A stretch of DNA of 42,412 nucleotides, taken from IMG/VR virus record IMGVR_UViG_3300009609_000018, positions 1 to 42,412 of that record; one strand, 5' to 3'. The notes under the pieces were generated by a model that worked only from the letters and a program-made list of their open reading frames with translations, was not told the DNA's origin and did not search any database. How positions within the stretch are numbered: the stretch's first letter is position 1; the number at the start of each line of letters is the position of its first letter. The position numbers and the translations under genes are program-made. Source of the DNA: a virus. This document shows positions 1-8,800 of this stretch, piece by piece.

Positions 1-123
1 CCATTGCGCCAAGTATTTTGATGAAGGAATGAAGTCTGCCATTCTGGATAGGCTGGTCCCCGGCATGGGTACTGTATGGATGACGTTTAAGCCGCCCGAA
101 GAGGGCAAGCCGGAAGAGGTTGC
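1..123. repeat. Terminal overlap copy 1: identical to 42290-42412, marking a circular or permuted contig
   Basis: Base-by-base comparison of the two window ends. The overlap lies inside the portal ORF and the frame is continuous. Confidence 0.95.
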
Positions 124-1750
124 AGTAGACTTTGTTCACTGGAAAGACCTGATATACGAACCCCGGCGAAAGTGGGAAGAGTGCATGTGGGTTGGCCGCA
201 AGCTGCATCTTGACCACGACGAGGCTAAAAAGCGGTGGGGCGAGCGGGTGGCTGAAATGCCCACTCAAAAGAACAACAATTATATCATCGCACCGGACCT
301 GATCGACAAGGGTAAGGTATGCGTAATCCAGATGTGGGACAAGGCGAAGAAGGAAGTCCTGCATTTGACGGAACAGGGCACGATTCTGGATCGGGTGAAA
401 GACCCGTACCAACTTCACAACTTCTATCCATGCCCGAAGCCCCTGATTGCGTCGCCACCGACGAGTAAATTCCTGCCATTGCCTGATTACTATATGGCGC
501 AGGATCAATATACCCAAATGGATACCATTTACGCGCGCATGAACCTCATTGTAGAGGCGTGCAGAGTCGCTGGTATCTATGATGCGTCTCAGCCCGAGAT
601 AGGCCGGATGCTTTCCGGCACTGAAAACAAGCTAATTCCGGTCGATAATTGGGCAATGTTTGCTGAAAAAGGCGGTGCCAAAGGTACAATTGATTGGTTC
701 CCCGTTGAAGTCATTACCGGAGTGCTGCAACAGCTAGTCGCAACATATGGATTCCTGAAGGATCAGCTATTTGAAGTTACGGGCATGGCGGATATCATTC
801 GCGGCTCGTCAAATCAGTACGAAACACTAGGCGCGCAGCAGATTAAAGCGCAGTTTGCTTCTGTTCGCATGACTGCAATGCAAAGGGACGTGGCTTTTTT
901 CGTCCGAGACAGCCTAAGAATCATCGCAGAACTGATGTGCCAACTTTATACTGATGAAAAGCTATCTGCGGTATGTGGAACGTTGCCCCAGACAGATCAG
1001 CAGTTCGTTCAAGCTGCTTTGGAGATACTGCGCGACGATTTTCAGACAAAATATACCATTGATATCGAGGCTGATTCACTTACTCAGGCGGATTGGGCGC
1101 TTGAACAGCAGCAAAGGATGGAATTGACGCAGACTCTATCGCAATTCCTCGCATCGGCAGTTCCGGCTATCGAAAGCAACCCAGCACTAGCACCTTTGAT
1201 GATGCAAATTCTCAAATTCTCGCTTGTAGGATTCAAGGGTAGCGCGGAACTGGAAGGTGCATTGGATTCTGCTATGGCGGCGCTGGAACAGGCTGGCGGA
1301 TTGCCAGAAAAGCCGGACCCGGAAGCTGCAAAGGCACAAATGGAGGCTCAAAAGATGCAGCAAGAGCTACAATTGGCTCAGCAAAAGCAGGCCGGCGATA
1401 TGCAGATGGCGCAGCAGAAAGCAGCACTGGAAATGCAGCTCAAGCAACAGGATATGCAGCTACGCCGCGAAGAGCATATTATGGAGATGCAATTCCAGCG
1501 TGAAAAGCACGAACAAGAGATGCAATTTGAGCGTGAAAAATTCGTGGTTGAGTCTCAGAAGCAGGCCATTAAGGGCGCACAGGAAATGCGGCAAAATGAG
1601 CAGAGATTTGAGCATGAAAGATTGCAGGATGACGCACGCCTAGGAGCGGAACTGGCAGAAGGCCAGCAAAGGACGGCGGCAGAGGTAGCAAGTAAGAAGG
1701 CGGTAGCGAAGGCAGTTCCGAAACCCACCACAACCCCAAAGGGGAAGTAA
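1..1750 (+). CDS. Portal protein, 3' part. The full CDS is 41964..42289 joined to 1..1750 (691 aa).
   Basis: Sits immediately after terL. The central region looks podovirus portal-like (FYPCPKPL, LIPVDNWAMFAEKGGAKGTIDWFPVE). The C-terminus is a long Q/E/M-rich helical tail. Position 2 starts a codon, in frame with track ORF 29..1750. Confidence 0.85.
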   Translation, partial: HCAKYFDEGMKSAILDRLVPGMGTVWMTFKPPEEGKPEEVAVDFVHWKDLIYEPRRKWEECMWVGRKLHLDHDEAKKRWGERVAEMPTQKNNNYIIAPDLIDKGKVCVIQMWDKAKKEVLHLTEQGTILDRVKDPYQLHNFYPCPKPLIASPPTSKFLPLPDYYMAQDQYTQMDTIYARMNLIVEACRVAGIYDASQPEIGRMLSGTENKLIPVDNWAMFAEKGGAKGTIDWFPVEVITGVLQQLVATYGFLKDQLFEVTGMADIIRGSSNQYETLGAQQIKAQFASVRMTAMQRDVAFFVRDSLRIIAELMCQLYTDEKLSAVCGTLPQTDQQFVQAALEILRDDFQTKYTIDIEADSLTQADWALEQQQRMELTQTLSQFLASAVPAIESNPALAPLMMQILKFSLVGFKGSAELEGALDSAMAALEQAGGLPEKPDPEAAKAQMEAQKMQQELQLAQQKQAGDMQMAQQKAALEMQLKQQDMQLRREEHIMEMQFQREKHEQEMQFEREKFVVESQKQAIKGAQEMRQNEQRFEHERLQDDARLGAELAEGQQRTAAEVASKKAVAKAVPKPTTTPKGK

Positions 1751-1751
1751 A

Positions 1752-2198
1752 ATGGGATTCCTCAAGAAATTGAAAAAGGTAATCAAGAAAATTGATCCAA
1801 TTGGGTCAAAAATTCACGAAAAAACAGGCGGCAAAGTTCAACAGGCTGTAGCTAAAGCTACTAGCGGTGGCGTACTCGGTAAATTGGCAAAACTGGACCC
1901 GGCAATGTCGGCTGTTAGGCGGTCTTCACTAGGGCAGGCTTTGCGTAGTGGTGTGGAGCCAATGCGACGGCCAGCGGCACCCCCGGTAGCCCCTCCTGTA
2001 GCCCCTGCGGCTATGGGTGCGCCTGCCCCAGCAATGGCAGCCCCGCCAGTTCCCATGAGTGCGCCTGTTATGGCCCCGCCAATGGGTGGCGTAATGCCCC
2101 CGGCCGGTCCTATGGGTGGAGCGGCCCCCCGTGCGCAGGCTCTTCGTGGCATGGGTGGTGGCATGGGTATGGGTAGGATGAGAAGGCCAGGATATTGA
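1752..2198 (+). CDS. Low-complexity Pro/Ala/Met/Gly-rich protein with a basic N-terminal helix
   Basis: Starts 1 nt after the portal stop, with a purine-rich RBS (AGGGGAAG). The overlapping antisense ORFs are compositional shadows. Confidence 0.6.
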   Translation: MGFLKKLKKVIKKIDPIGSKIHEKTGGKVQQAVAKATSGGVLGKLAKLDPAMSAVRRSSLGQALRSGVEPMRRPAAPPVAPPVAPAAMGAPAPAMAAPPVPMSAPVMAPPMGGVMPPAGPMGGAAPRAQALRGMGGGMGMGRMRRPGY

Positions 2199-2199
2199 T

Positions 2200-2349
2200 A
2201 TGCCGTACAAGTCGGAAAAACAGGCGCGGCTTATGCGAGCGGTAGCCCATAATCCTAAGTTCGCAAAAAAGGTGGACATTCCGCAGTCTGTAGGCCGTAA
2301 ATTTGAGCAGCATAAGAACCCTAAAGCGAAGGCTTTGCGGGGGTACTAA
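2200..2349 (+). CDS. Small conserved phage protein, DUF3008-like (49 aa, MPYKSEKQARLMRAVAHNPKFAKKVDIPQSVGRKF...)
   Basis: The ATG is 1 nt after the upstream stop, and the stop overlaps the next ATG (TAATG). The KSxKQxRLM...AHNPKFAKK motif is recalled from the DUF3008 family. Too short for the ORF track. Confidence 0.6.
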   Translation: MPYKSEKQARLMRAVAHNPKFAKKVDIPQSVGRKFEQHKNPKAKALRGY

Positions 2350-2768
2350 TGATCTATCCATATAAGTGCAGCCGATGTGGAGCGTCATATGACAGAGTAT
2401 GCTCACTGGCGGAATACGAGCGAAACCCGTCCATACCCTGTCTATGTGGAGCCGATATGGGGCGTGTCCTCACTGCCCCTTCAATGCTTCTACATACTAA
2501 ACCATTTGAGCCATTCAAATCGCCCGTGGATGGCTCCCTCGTTTCCTCACGGCGGGAACTACAGGAGCACAACAAACGGAATAATGTCGTCAACACGCAT
2601 GACGGCTATGATGAAAAAGCAATACTCGGATGGACAAATAAAGACCTACAAAAGCCGCTTGATGAGGAGCGGAAGAAAGACCTAAAAGATGACATGCAAA
2701 AGGCTATCACAAAGCTGGAAGAAGGTTACACTCCCCATCCTGCCCGCGAAGATGAGATTATCCCATGA
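2349..2768 (+). CDS. Zinc-ribbon protein (FmdB-like CxxC...CxC N-terminus)
   Basis: N-terminus is YPYKCSRCGASYD...IPCLCGADMG. TAATG coupling upstream and ATGA coupling downstream. Confidence 0.7.
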   Translation: MIYPYKCSRCGASYDRVCSLAEYERNPSIPCLCGADMGRVLTAPSMLLHTKPFEPFKSPVDGSLVSSRRELQEHNKRNNVVNTHDGYDEKAILGWTNKDLQKPLDEERKKDLKDDMQKAITKLEEGYTPHPAREDEIIP

Positions 2769-3871
2769 ATGGCGAATTCGACAACATTAATGATGACGTA
2801 AGGGCTGCATTCAATAGTGTGGCCGCAGCAGAGAATGTTCCGGCCGCCCCTGAACCGACTACTTCTGATGTTATTCCTCCCCCGAAAGTAGAAAGCAAGA
2901 CGGAAGGCCAGCGCGACGCGCATGGTCGGTTTTTGCCTAAGGACAAGGACAGTAAAGACGAAATCCCACCTATCACTGAACCGAAGGCCCTTGCCGCCCC
3001 GGTAACGCCCCCTGTATCTGCGACACCGCCCGATCCAAATGCTCCAGTTAAACTGGACTCTACGAAACCCCCTCAGGGGTGGACGCCTGCATTGAAAGAA
3101 AAGTGGGGCACTATTCCTGAGGATATTCGGGGTGAAATTATCCGACGGGAAGAGGATATGGCGGCTGGCGTACAGCGCCTAATGCAACAGACGGAACCGG
3201 CACGAGAAGTATGGAATGTGCTAGAGCCTTATGCACAGTATTTTGAGCATATCGAATTGGAACCGGCTGAATATCTCACTCAGATGATTGCCTCTGAGCA
3301 GGTATTGGCCCTAGGAAATCCTGCCCAGAAGTTCACCCAGCTTTTGGAGATTGCTGATGGATATGGCATTCCGATCCGGCAGGCTTTGGATCAAGCCATG
3401 GGTGGAAAGCTGCAAGCTTTTATAGAAGAATCCCATAAGCATCATCGCACGCCTCCTAGCCTCCCCCCTGAGGTAGCTAGGGAGCTACAGGAACAGCGGG
3501 ATTGGCGCGCAAATCTTGAAGCCACAGCAGCTAAGAATGAGCTAGAGGCATTTGCAGCAGATAAAACAAAGCATCCGTTCCTAGATCAAGTGCGGGATCA
3601 GATGGCGGATGTGATTGAAAATGGTATCTGTGAAACCTATGAAGATGCCTATGATTATTGTGTATGGAAAAATCCTGATCTGCGCGCACGTGCAGCGGCA
3701 CAGGCAAATGGCGGTAGCCAATTGAATGGCGTTCAACAGCGCCAAGTAGCGGCGGCGGCAGTCGTGCCCCCGGCTTCGTCCGGGCTATCGACCACGGCAG
3801 GCGACGGCCTAGGGGACGATATCTACGCGGACGTTCGCAGGGCTATTGCAGCGCAGTCGCAAGGGGTGTAG
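2765..3871 (+). CDS. Putative scaffolding protein
   Basis: Lies between portal and major capsid. Pro-rich N-terminus followed by a helical, acidic body. The call rests on position only. Confidence 0.5.
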   Translation: MNGEFDNINDDVRAAFNSVAAAENVPAAPEPTTSDVIPPPKVESKTEGQRDAHGRFLPKDKDSKDEIPPITEPKALAAPVTPPVSATPPDPNAPVKLDSTKPPQGWTPALKEKWGTIPEDIRGEIIRREEDMAAGVQRLMQQTEPAREVWNVLEPYAQYFEHIELEPAEYLTQMIASEQVLALGNPAQKFTQLLEIADGYGIPIRQALDQAMGGKLQAFIEESHKHHRTPPSLPPEVARELQEQRDWRANLEATAAKNELEAFAADKTKHPFLDQVRDQMADVIENGICETYEDAYDYCVWKNPDLRARAAAQANGGSQLNGVQQRQVAAAAVVPPASSGLSTTAGDGLGDDIYADVRRAIAAQSQGV

Positions 3872-3887
3872 GATGCAAAAATCGGGT

Positions 3888-3914
3888 GGGGGCTATCGAC
3901 ACCGTGTAGCCCCC
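3888..3914 (+). other. Stem-loop between the scaffold and capsid genes (8-bp stem GGGGGCTA/TAGCCCCC, 11-nt loop)
   Basis: Perfect inverted repeat read from the sequence. No T-run follows, so it is more likely an RNA stability or processing element than a strong terminator. Confidence 0.35.
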
Positions 3915-3985
3915 ATCACGTGAGGCTGACCCTCGTAATGCGAAGTGAACGCACCTTCCATTAACCTCTTCTGAGGACAGCCCAA

Positions 3986-4945
3986 ATGGCATTCCCGAAC
4001 GTAAGCGATATCATCGCTACGACAATCGAATCCCGTACCCGCAAGATCGCGGATAATGTGACGAAGAACAACGCCCTACTGATGAGGCTTTCCCAGAAGG
4101 GCAAGCAGCGTACTTTTAGCGGCGGCCGACTCATCTATGAAGAGCTGAGTTTTGCCGAGAATGGCAATGCCGGTTGGTACAACGGCTATGACCTGTTGCC
4201 CGTTGCGGCGCAGGATGTGCTTTCGGCGGCACAGTTCGATATCAAGCAGGCTGCATGTCCGGTCGTGGTTTCTGGCCTGGAAATGTTGCAGAATGCCGGC
4301 CCCGAACAGATGATCGACCTGATCGGCGCACGCATCGACGTGGCTGAGTCCACAATGCGCAATCTGGTGTGTGGCGGTTTGTATAGCGACGGCACCGGCT
4401 CAGGTGGCAAGGAAATTACCGGCCTTAATGCCGCTGTTCCGTTGGACCCAACTACTGGCACGTATGGCGGCATTGACCGTGTTACTTGGACCTTTTGGCG
4501 CTCCAAGCTGGTCAACGTCACTTCGACTGCCACGATTCAAGCGAATTTTAATGCCCTATGGGCACAGCTTGTTCGCGGCGCGGATCGCCCCGACCTCATC
4601 CCTGTTGACAACGTTGTTTGGCAGGCATACGTGGCCTCGCTACAGGCGCAACAGCGGTTCAATTCGCCAGAAGTCGGCCAGCTAGGGTTCCCGTCCATTA
4701 AGTACATGGATGCCGATGTGGTACTCGATGGCGGTATCGGCGGTTTCTGCCCTGCTGGTACTGGCTTCATGCTCAATACCGATTATATCCGCTTCCGTCC
4801 GCACAGCGCGCGTCAGTTCGTACCGCTGTCCCCGAACAAGCGGTATTCGATCAATCAGGACGCCGAGGTTCAGATCATGGCATGGGCCGGAAATCTGACG
4901 ACCTGCGGTGCGCAGTTCCAAGGCCGGCTCGACGTGAATCCGTAA
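3986..4945 (+). CDS. Major capsid protein
   Basis: 319 aa, downstream of the scaffold, with a GAGGA RBS. The N-terminus (MAFPNVSDIIATTIESRTRKIADNVTKNNALLMRL) is typical of epsilon15/BPP-1-type podovirus coat proteins, as recalled. Confidence 0.8.
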   Translation: MAFPNVSDIIATTIESRTRKIADNVTKNNALLMRLSQKGKQRTFSGGRLIYEELSFAENGNAGWYNGYDLLPVAAQDVLSAAQFDIKQAACPVVVSGLEMLQNAGPEQMIDLIGARIDVAESTMRNLVCGGLYSDGTGSGGKEITGLNAAVPLDPTTGTYGGIDRVTWTFWRSKLVNVTSTATIQANFNALWAQLVRGADRPDLIPVDNVVWQAYVASLQAQQRFNSPEVGQLGFPSIKYMDADVVLDGGIGGFCPAGTGFMLNTDYIRFRPHSARQFVPLSPNKRYSINQDAEVQIMAWAGNLTTCGAQFQGRLDVNP

Positions 4946-4957
4946 GGAGAGTAGGTC

Positions 4958-5125
4958 ATGGAAACCAATCCCGACACTCTGCCGGATGATGGACCGGAAA
5001 TTACCCCTGAGGAAGAAGTACCGGCAACCCCGTCAACGTACTGCGGTCCACCTTCTGGATTGCCTCAAAGTGTGGAGTACCAATCTGGTGAAGTCCCGCT
5101 GTGCGGGAATGAGCCTCTGCCATAA
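4958..5125 (+). CDS. Small acidic/Pro-rich protein (55 aa)
   Basis: AAGGAG RBS 6-7 nt upstream of the ATG. Preferred over track ORF 4986..5273, whose product is Arg-rich and lacks an RBS. Confidence 0.45.
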   Translation: METNPDTLPDDGPEITPEEEVPATPSTYCGPPSGLPQSVEYQSGEVPLCGNEPLP

Positions 5126-5214
5126 GTTCTCCGAGCGGGCGGCTCGCGGGTACAGGTTTTCGGTTATCCTGACATTAAAACCGTCTTTATTTAGCCCACT
5201 AGGAGGACGCTCAA

Positions 5215-5817
5215 ATGCCTGCATCCAACATGGCTGGCCCGCTGGTAGTTCCGGCCAATCCCTCTGCCGGTAAGTTCGTGCTGATGAGTCCGTTTAGCGG
5301 CCCTGATGGATCGCCAAAGGACACCGATCAGACTGGCAATCATTCCACAGGCGCGTTGAATACCGGTATTGGTATCAATGCCACCCGTAGAATTAACGTA
5401 TCTACGGGTACGTCACCGTTCACAGCCCCCGGTGCCATTAAGGCTGCTGGTTTTACCGACGACTATACCCCCGGTGTGACCATGCCAAATGGCACGGCTG
5501 CAACGCTGGCGATTCTCACTGCCATTGGTGGCGGCAAGAGTGTCATCACTCCTGGCCCCGGTAATACAGGTCTAGGGGTGTCCACAGTTTCCCCATATCT
5601 CGTCCAGCCGCTTCTAGGCTTCGGTAATGGCGGCTCGCGGGATGCTGGTGCTGGCCCTGCTTTCACTGGCTTCCCGGTGAAGATGGTAACGGCGGCTGCT
5701 GGCGTTGCGGTCGGTGCGGTTATTGAGACTGGCTGGGTGAACCGTTCGGAATCGGCTTTGGTGACTACGGACTCTGTATTTGGGTCGGGTACAACGGCCT
5801 CCGCAGCGGTTACGTAA
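5215..5817 (+). CDS. Gly/Thr/Ala-rich virion protein, possibly capsid decoration or cement
   Basis: AGGAGG RBS. Sits directly after the capsid gene, and its stop abuts the next ATG (TAAATG). The function is a positional guess. Confidence 0.55.
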   Translation: MPASNMAGPLVVPANPSAGKFVLMSPFSGPDGSPKDTDQTGNHSTGALNTGIGINATRRINVSTGTSPFTAPGAIKAAGFTDDYTPGVTMPNGTAATLAILTAIGGGKSVITPGPGNTGLGVSTVSPYLVQPLLGFGNGGSRDAGAGPAFTGFPVKMVTAAAGVAVGAVIETGWVNRSESALVTTDSVFGSGTTASAAVT

Positions 5818-8800
5818 ATGTCAACGCTGAATGACAGCATTTTGACGGCCACTGGCGGGCCTACAGTAAATGATGGTCTGCTGGATTGGTTTCGTGATGG
5901 GGGGGCGGGTGCAAACTCGCCCCTTCAAGATGCAGAGCGGGAGTGGCTAATCATACAGCTACTATTCCCCGTCGTTGTGCTCGATACAAATAATGATTTG
6001 TGGATGAAGTTTCTGCCCCCTCCGGGCGCTATTAATGACCGCCAATTTGCCTACTGGTTGGCTGGTCCTCAACTTCCCACAGCCCTCCTGATTCCGATTG
6101 GTGAAACGGCCAGTGCCGTTAGTCCTGCGGATGCGTCCGTATTTATTACGGTTGCAACTGACCAATTTGTCAAAAAGCAGATCAACGGCGGCGCTCTTAT
6201 TAACCTATATGATTGGGTTATTCAGGGTGTAGCGGCTGACTTTGAATTGATGGCTTCTGGCGCTTCCGGTGACACTGGAAACCTGTCCGGATCGGCCTTT
6301 AATACATGGCTACCTCCCCCGGTGTCATGGACGTTTCTAAACTCCGACGATACACCTAATAATAAGGCTATTAGCTTTACCCTGTCTGTCCGTAGAGCTT
6401 CGGACGGTCTTTTGCTCAGTCAAGCCCCAGTCAGTTTGCAGGCGAATGTGACTGCGGCTCCGATCATCCCAACTGCCGATTTGCAGCCCGTTAGTCAGAC
6501 GGCGGCGGCGGTTGCTCCGGCTGACGCTTCCGTTGATGTTTCGATTAGTAGCGATGGCTTCGTCAAGCGACTGCTAAATGGGGCTTCGTTTGCGAACCTA
6601 TATCAATGGCTATTGACTGGTGTTAATACTGACTTTGAATTCAGGGCTTCTAACCTCACTGGTGACACTGCAAATCTCACTGGATCGCCATTTAATGTGT
6701 GGCAGCAAGCCCCTATCGGCTGGACAATTCTAAATTCTGACAATACGGCTGGCTCCAAAGCGTGTAGCTGGACGGTTGAAGTTCGTAGAGTCTCCGACTT
6801 CATCGTATTGGATACGACGACGTTTACCATTCAGGCTGATGTTACGCCACAGCCAGCGAACGCTGATTTGCAGCCGATTAGCGAAACGTCTTCTGCTCAA
6901 AGCCCCGCCAATTCTACCATTAACATTCAGGTATTGACTAATGGCACTGTTACCAAGTCGGTTAATGGTGGCGCTGCTACGGTCCTATATACGTGGATTG
7001 TTAATGGTGTAGCGGCCGATTTTGAGTTCCGGCCCTTCGGCCTTACTGGCGACTCGGGGAACCTTACTGGTTCAGCCTTTGGATCGTTCATTGCACCCCC
7101 GCTTACGTTCACATTGACGAATAATGATGATGCGGCAGGCACTAAATCTGTCGATTTCTCGCTAGACGTTCGCCGGGTTGTGGGTAGTGTGCTACTGGAT
7201 ACCACAACGGTTAGCCTAGATGCGACGGTCACGCCCCCGGCTCCGAATGCCGATTTGCAGCCTATTTCGGAGACTGCTGCAACCAACAGCCCGACGGATG
7301 CAACCGTCTACATTGAGGTAGCAGCGGATGGGTTTGTCAAGCGTTCCATTAATGGCGGCGCGCTGACTAACCTATATCAATGGCTGGTGACAGGCACTTC
7401 TACTGACTTTCAATTCCAAGGTTCTGCTGCTACTGGTAATACTGGAAACATCGTAGGTACGGCCTTCGGATCGTACTTTGCTGCGCCTGTGTCGTGGACG
7501 CTGACAAATCCCGATAATGCTACCAGTTCCAAGGTAGTCGATTTTACCCTGTCCGTGCGCCGGGTTCCGGACAACACGGTTTTGGATACGACGACGGTTC
7601 ACATGGTAGCTAATGTGACCCTGCTTCCGAATGCGGATTTGTTGCCCGTCAATCAGCAAGCTACGGCCAATAGTCCTAGTAACTCTTCTGTCACCCTCCG
7701 GGTTGAATCAACTGGTTTTGTGACTGTTTCGCTCAATGGCGGGGCGTTTACTAACCTCTACAATTATATCGTAAATGGCGTAGCGGCTGACTTTGAGATT
7801 AGAGGCTCTAATCTTACTGGCGATACTGGCAATATGTCGGGGGATGCTTTCAACGTATGGTTGCCTATTGCACCCGTAACATGGACGCTTACTAATCCTG
7901 ATGATATTGCTAGCACTAAGAACACTAGCTGGACGGTGGAGATTCGTAGGGTATTGGATCAAGTGGTATTGGATACAACTACGTTCCAAGCTACGGCTAT
8001 TATTCAGGCGGTTTCGGATGCTGAATTGTTTTTCACGGAAGCGCATTCGACGGCCGTTAGTCCAGGCAATGCGACCTCTAAGATCGAGATTGCTACGGAC
8101 GGGGATGTAAAGGTTCAGATTAATGGCGGGTTGAATGTATCCCAATATACATGGCTATTGGCTGGCCTAGCATCTGATTTTCAGTTCTTTGCTTCTACCC
8201 CTAATGGTGATGCTGGAAACGTTACCGGTTCTGCCTTTAATACATGGTTGGCCCCTCCAGTGTCATGGACACTAACGAATTCCAGTGATATACCGGGCCT
8301 CTTGGCGGCTGACTGGCAGGTGCAAGTTCGTAGGGCCTCAGATAGTGTTGTAATTGACGCTGCTACCTTTGACACTACGGCTGAAGTTACGCCCGCTGCG
8401 TTCAATCCCGCTGCTGTGCTATTCGGTGCCGGTGAACTTGGCTGCTGGTTCGATGCTTCTGACCTGTCAACCATGTGGCAGAATTCGGCGGGAACTACGC
8501 CTGTTACGGCCGTCGAACAGCCGGTAGGAAAATGGAATGACAAGTCCGGTCGTGGTGTCTCGGCTACGCAAGCTACGGCTGCATCGCGGCCTACTCTCAG
8601 CGCACGTAAGAATCATCTTACATATAGTGAGGACTTTAATCAGTCTTATTGGACAAAGACCGGATGCACTACCAACATTGCTGGACAGGAGCTATTTGAA
8701 ACCTCTGCCAATAGCGTTCACTCCTTTAGCCGTGCTGCTGTTATTGCGGCCGTTCCTAACCAAACGGCTCTATTCGGTGCAACTGCGTCTTTCCAGATAT

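Noticed and set aside
4986-5273. 95-aa ORF between the capsid gene and the Gly/Thr-rich gene
   Set aside because: It has no RBS, gives a basic Arg-rich product, and overlaps the next well-supported start. The 4958..5125 frame with an AAGGAG RBS is preferred.
6082-8406. The regular 387-nt periodicity could suggest a CRISPR-like or satellite array, or a DGR variable-repeat system
   Set aside because: The repeats lie in frame within one long ORF and are diverged at the protein level. There are no short identical repeats or spacers, no reverse transcriptase gene and no template repeat, and I saw no adenine-specific mismatch pattern.
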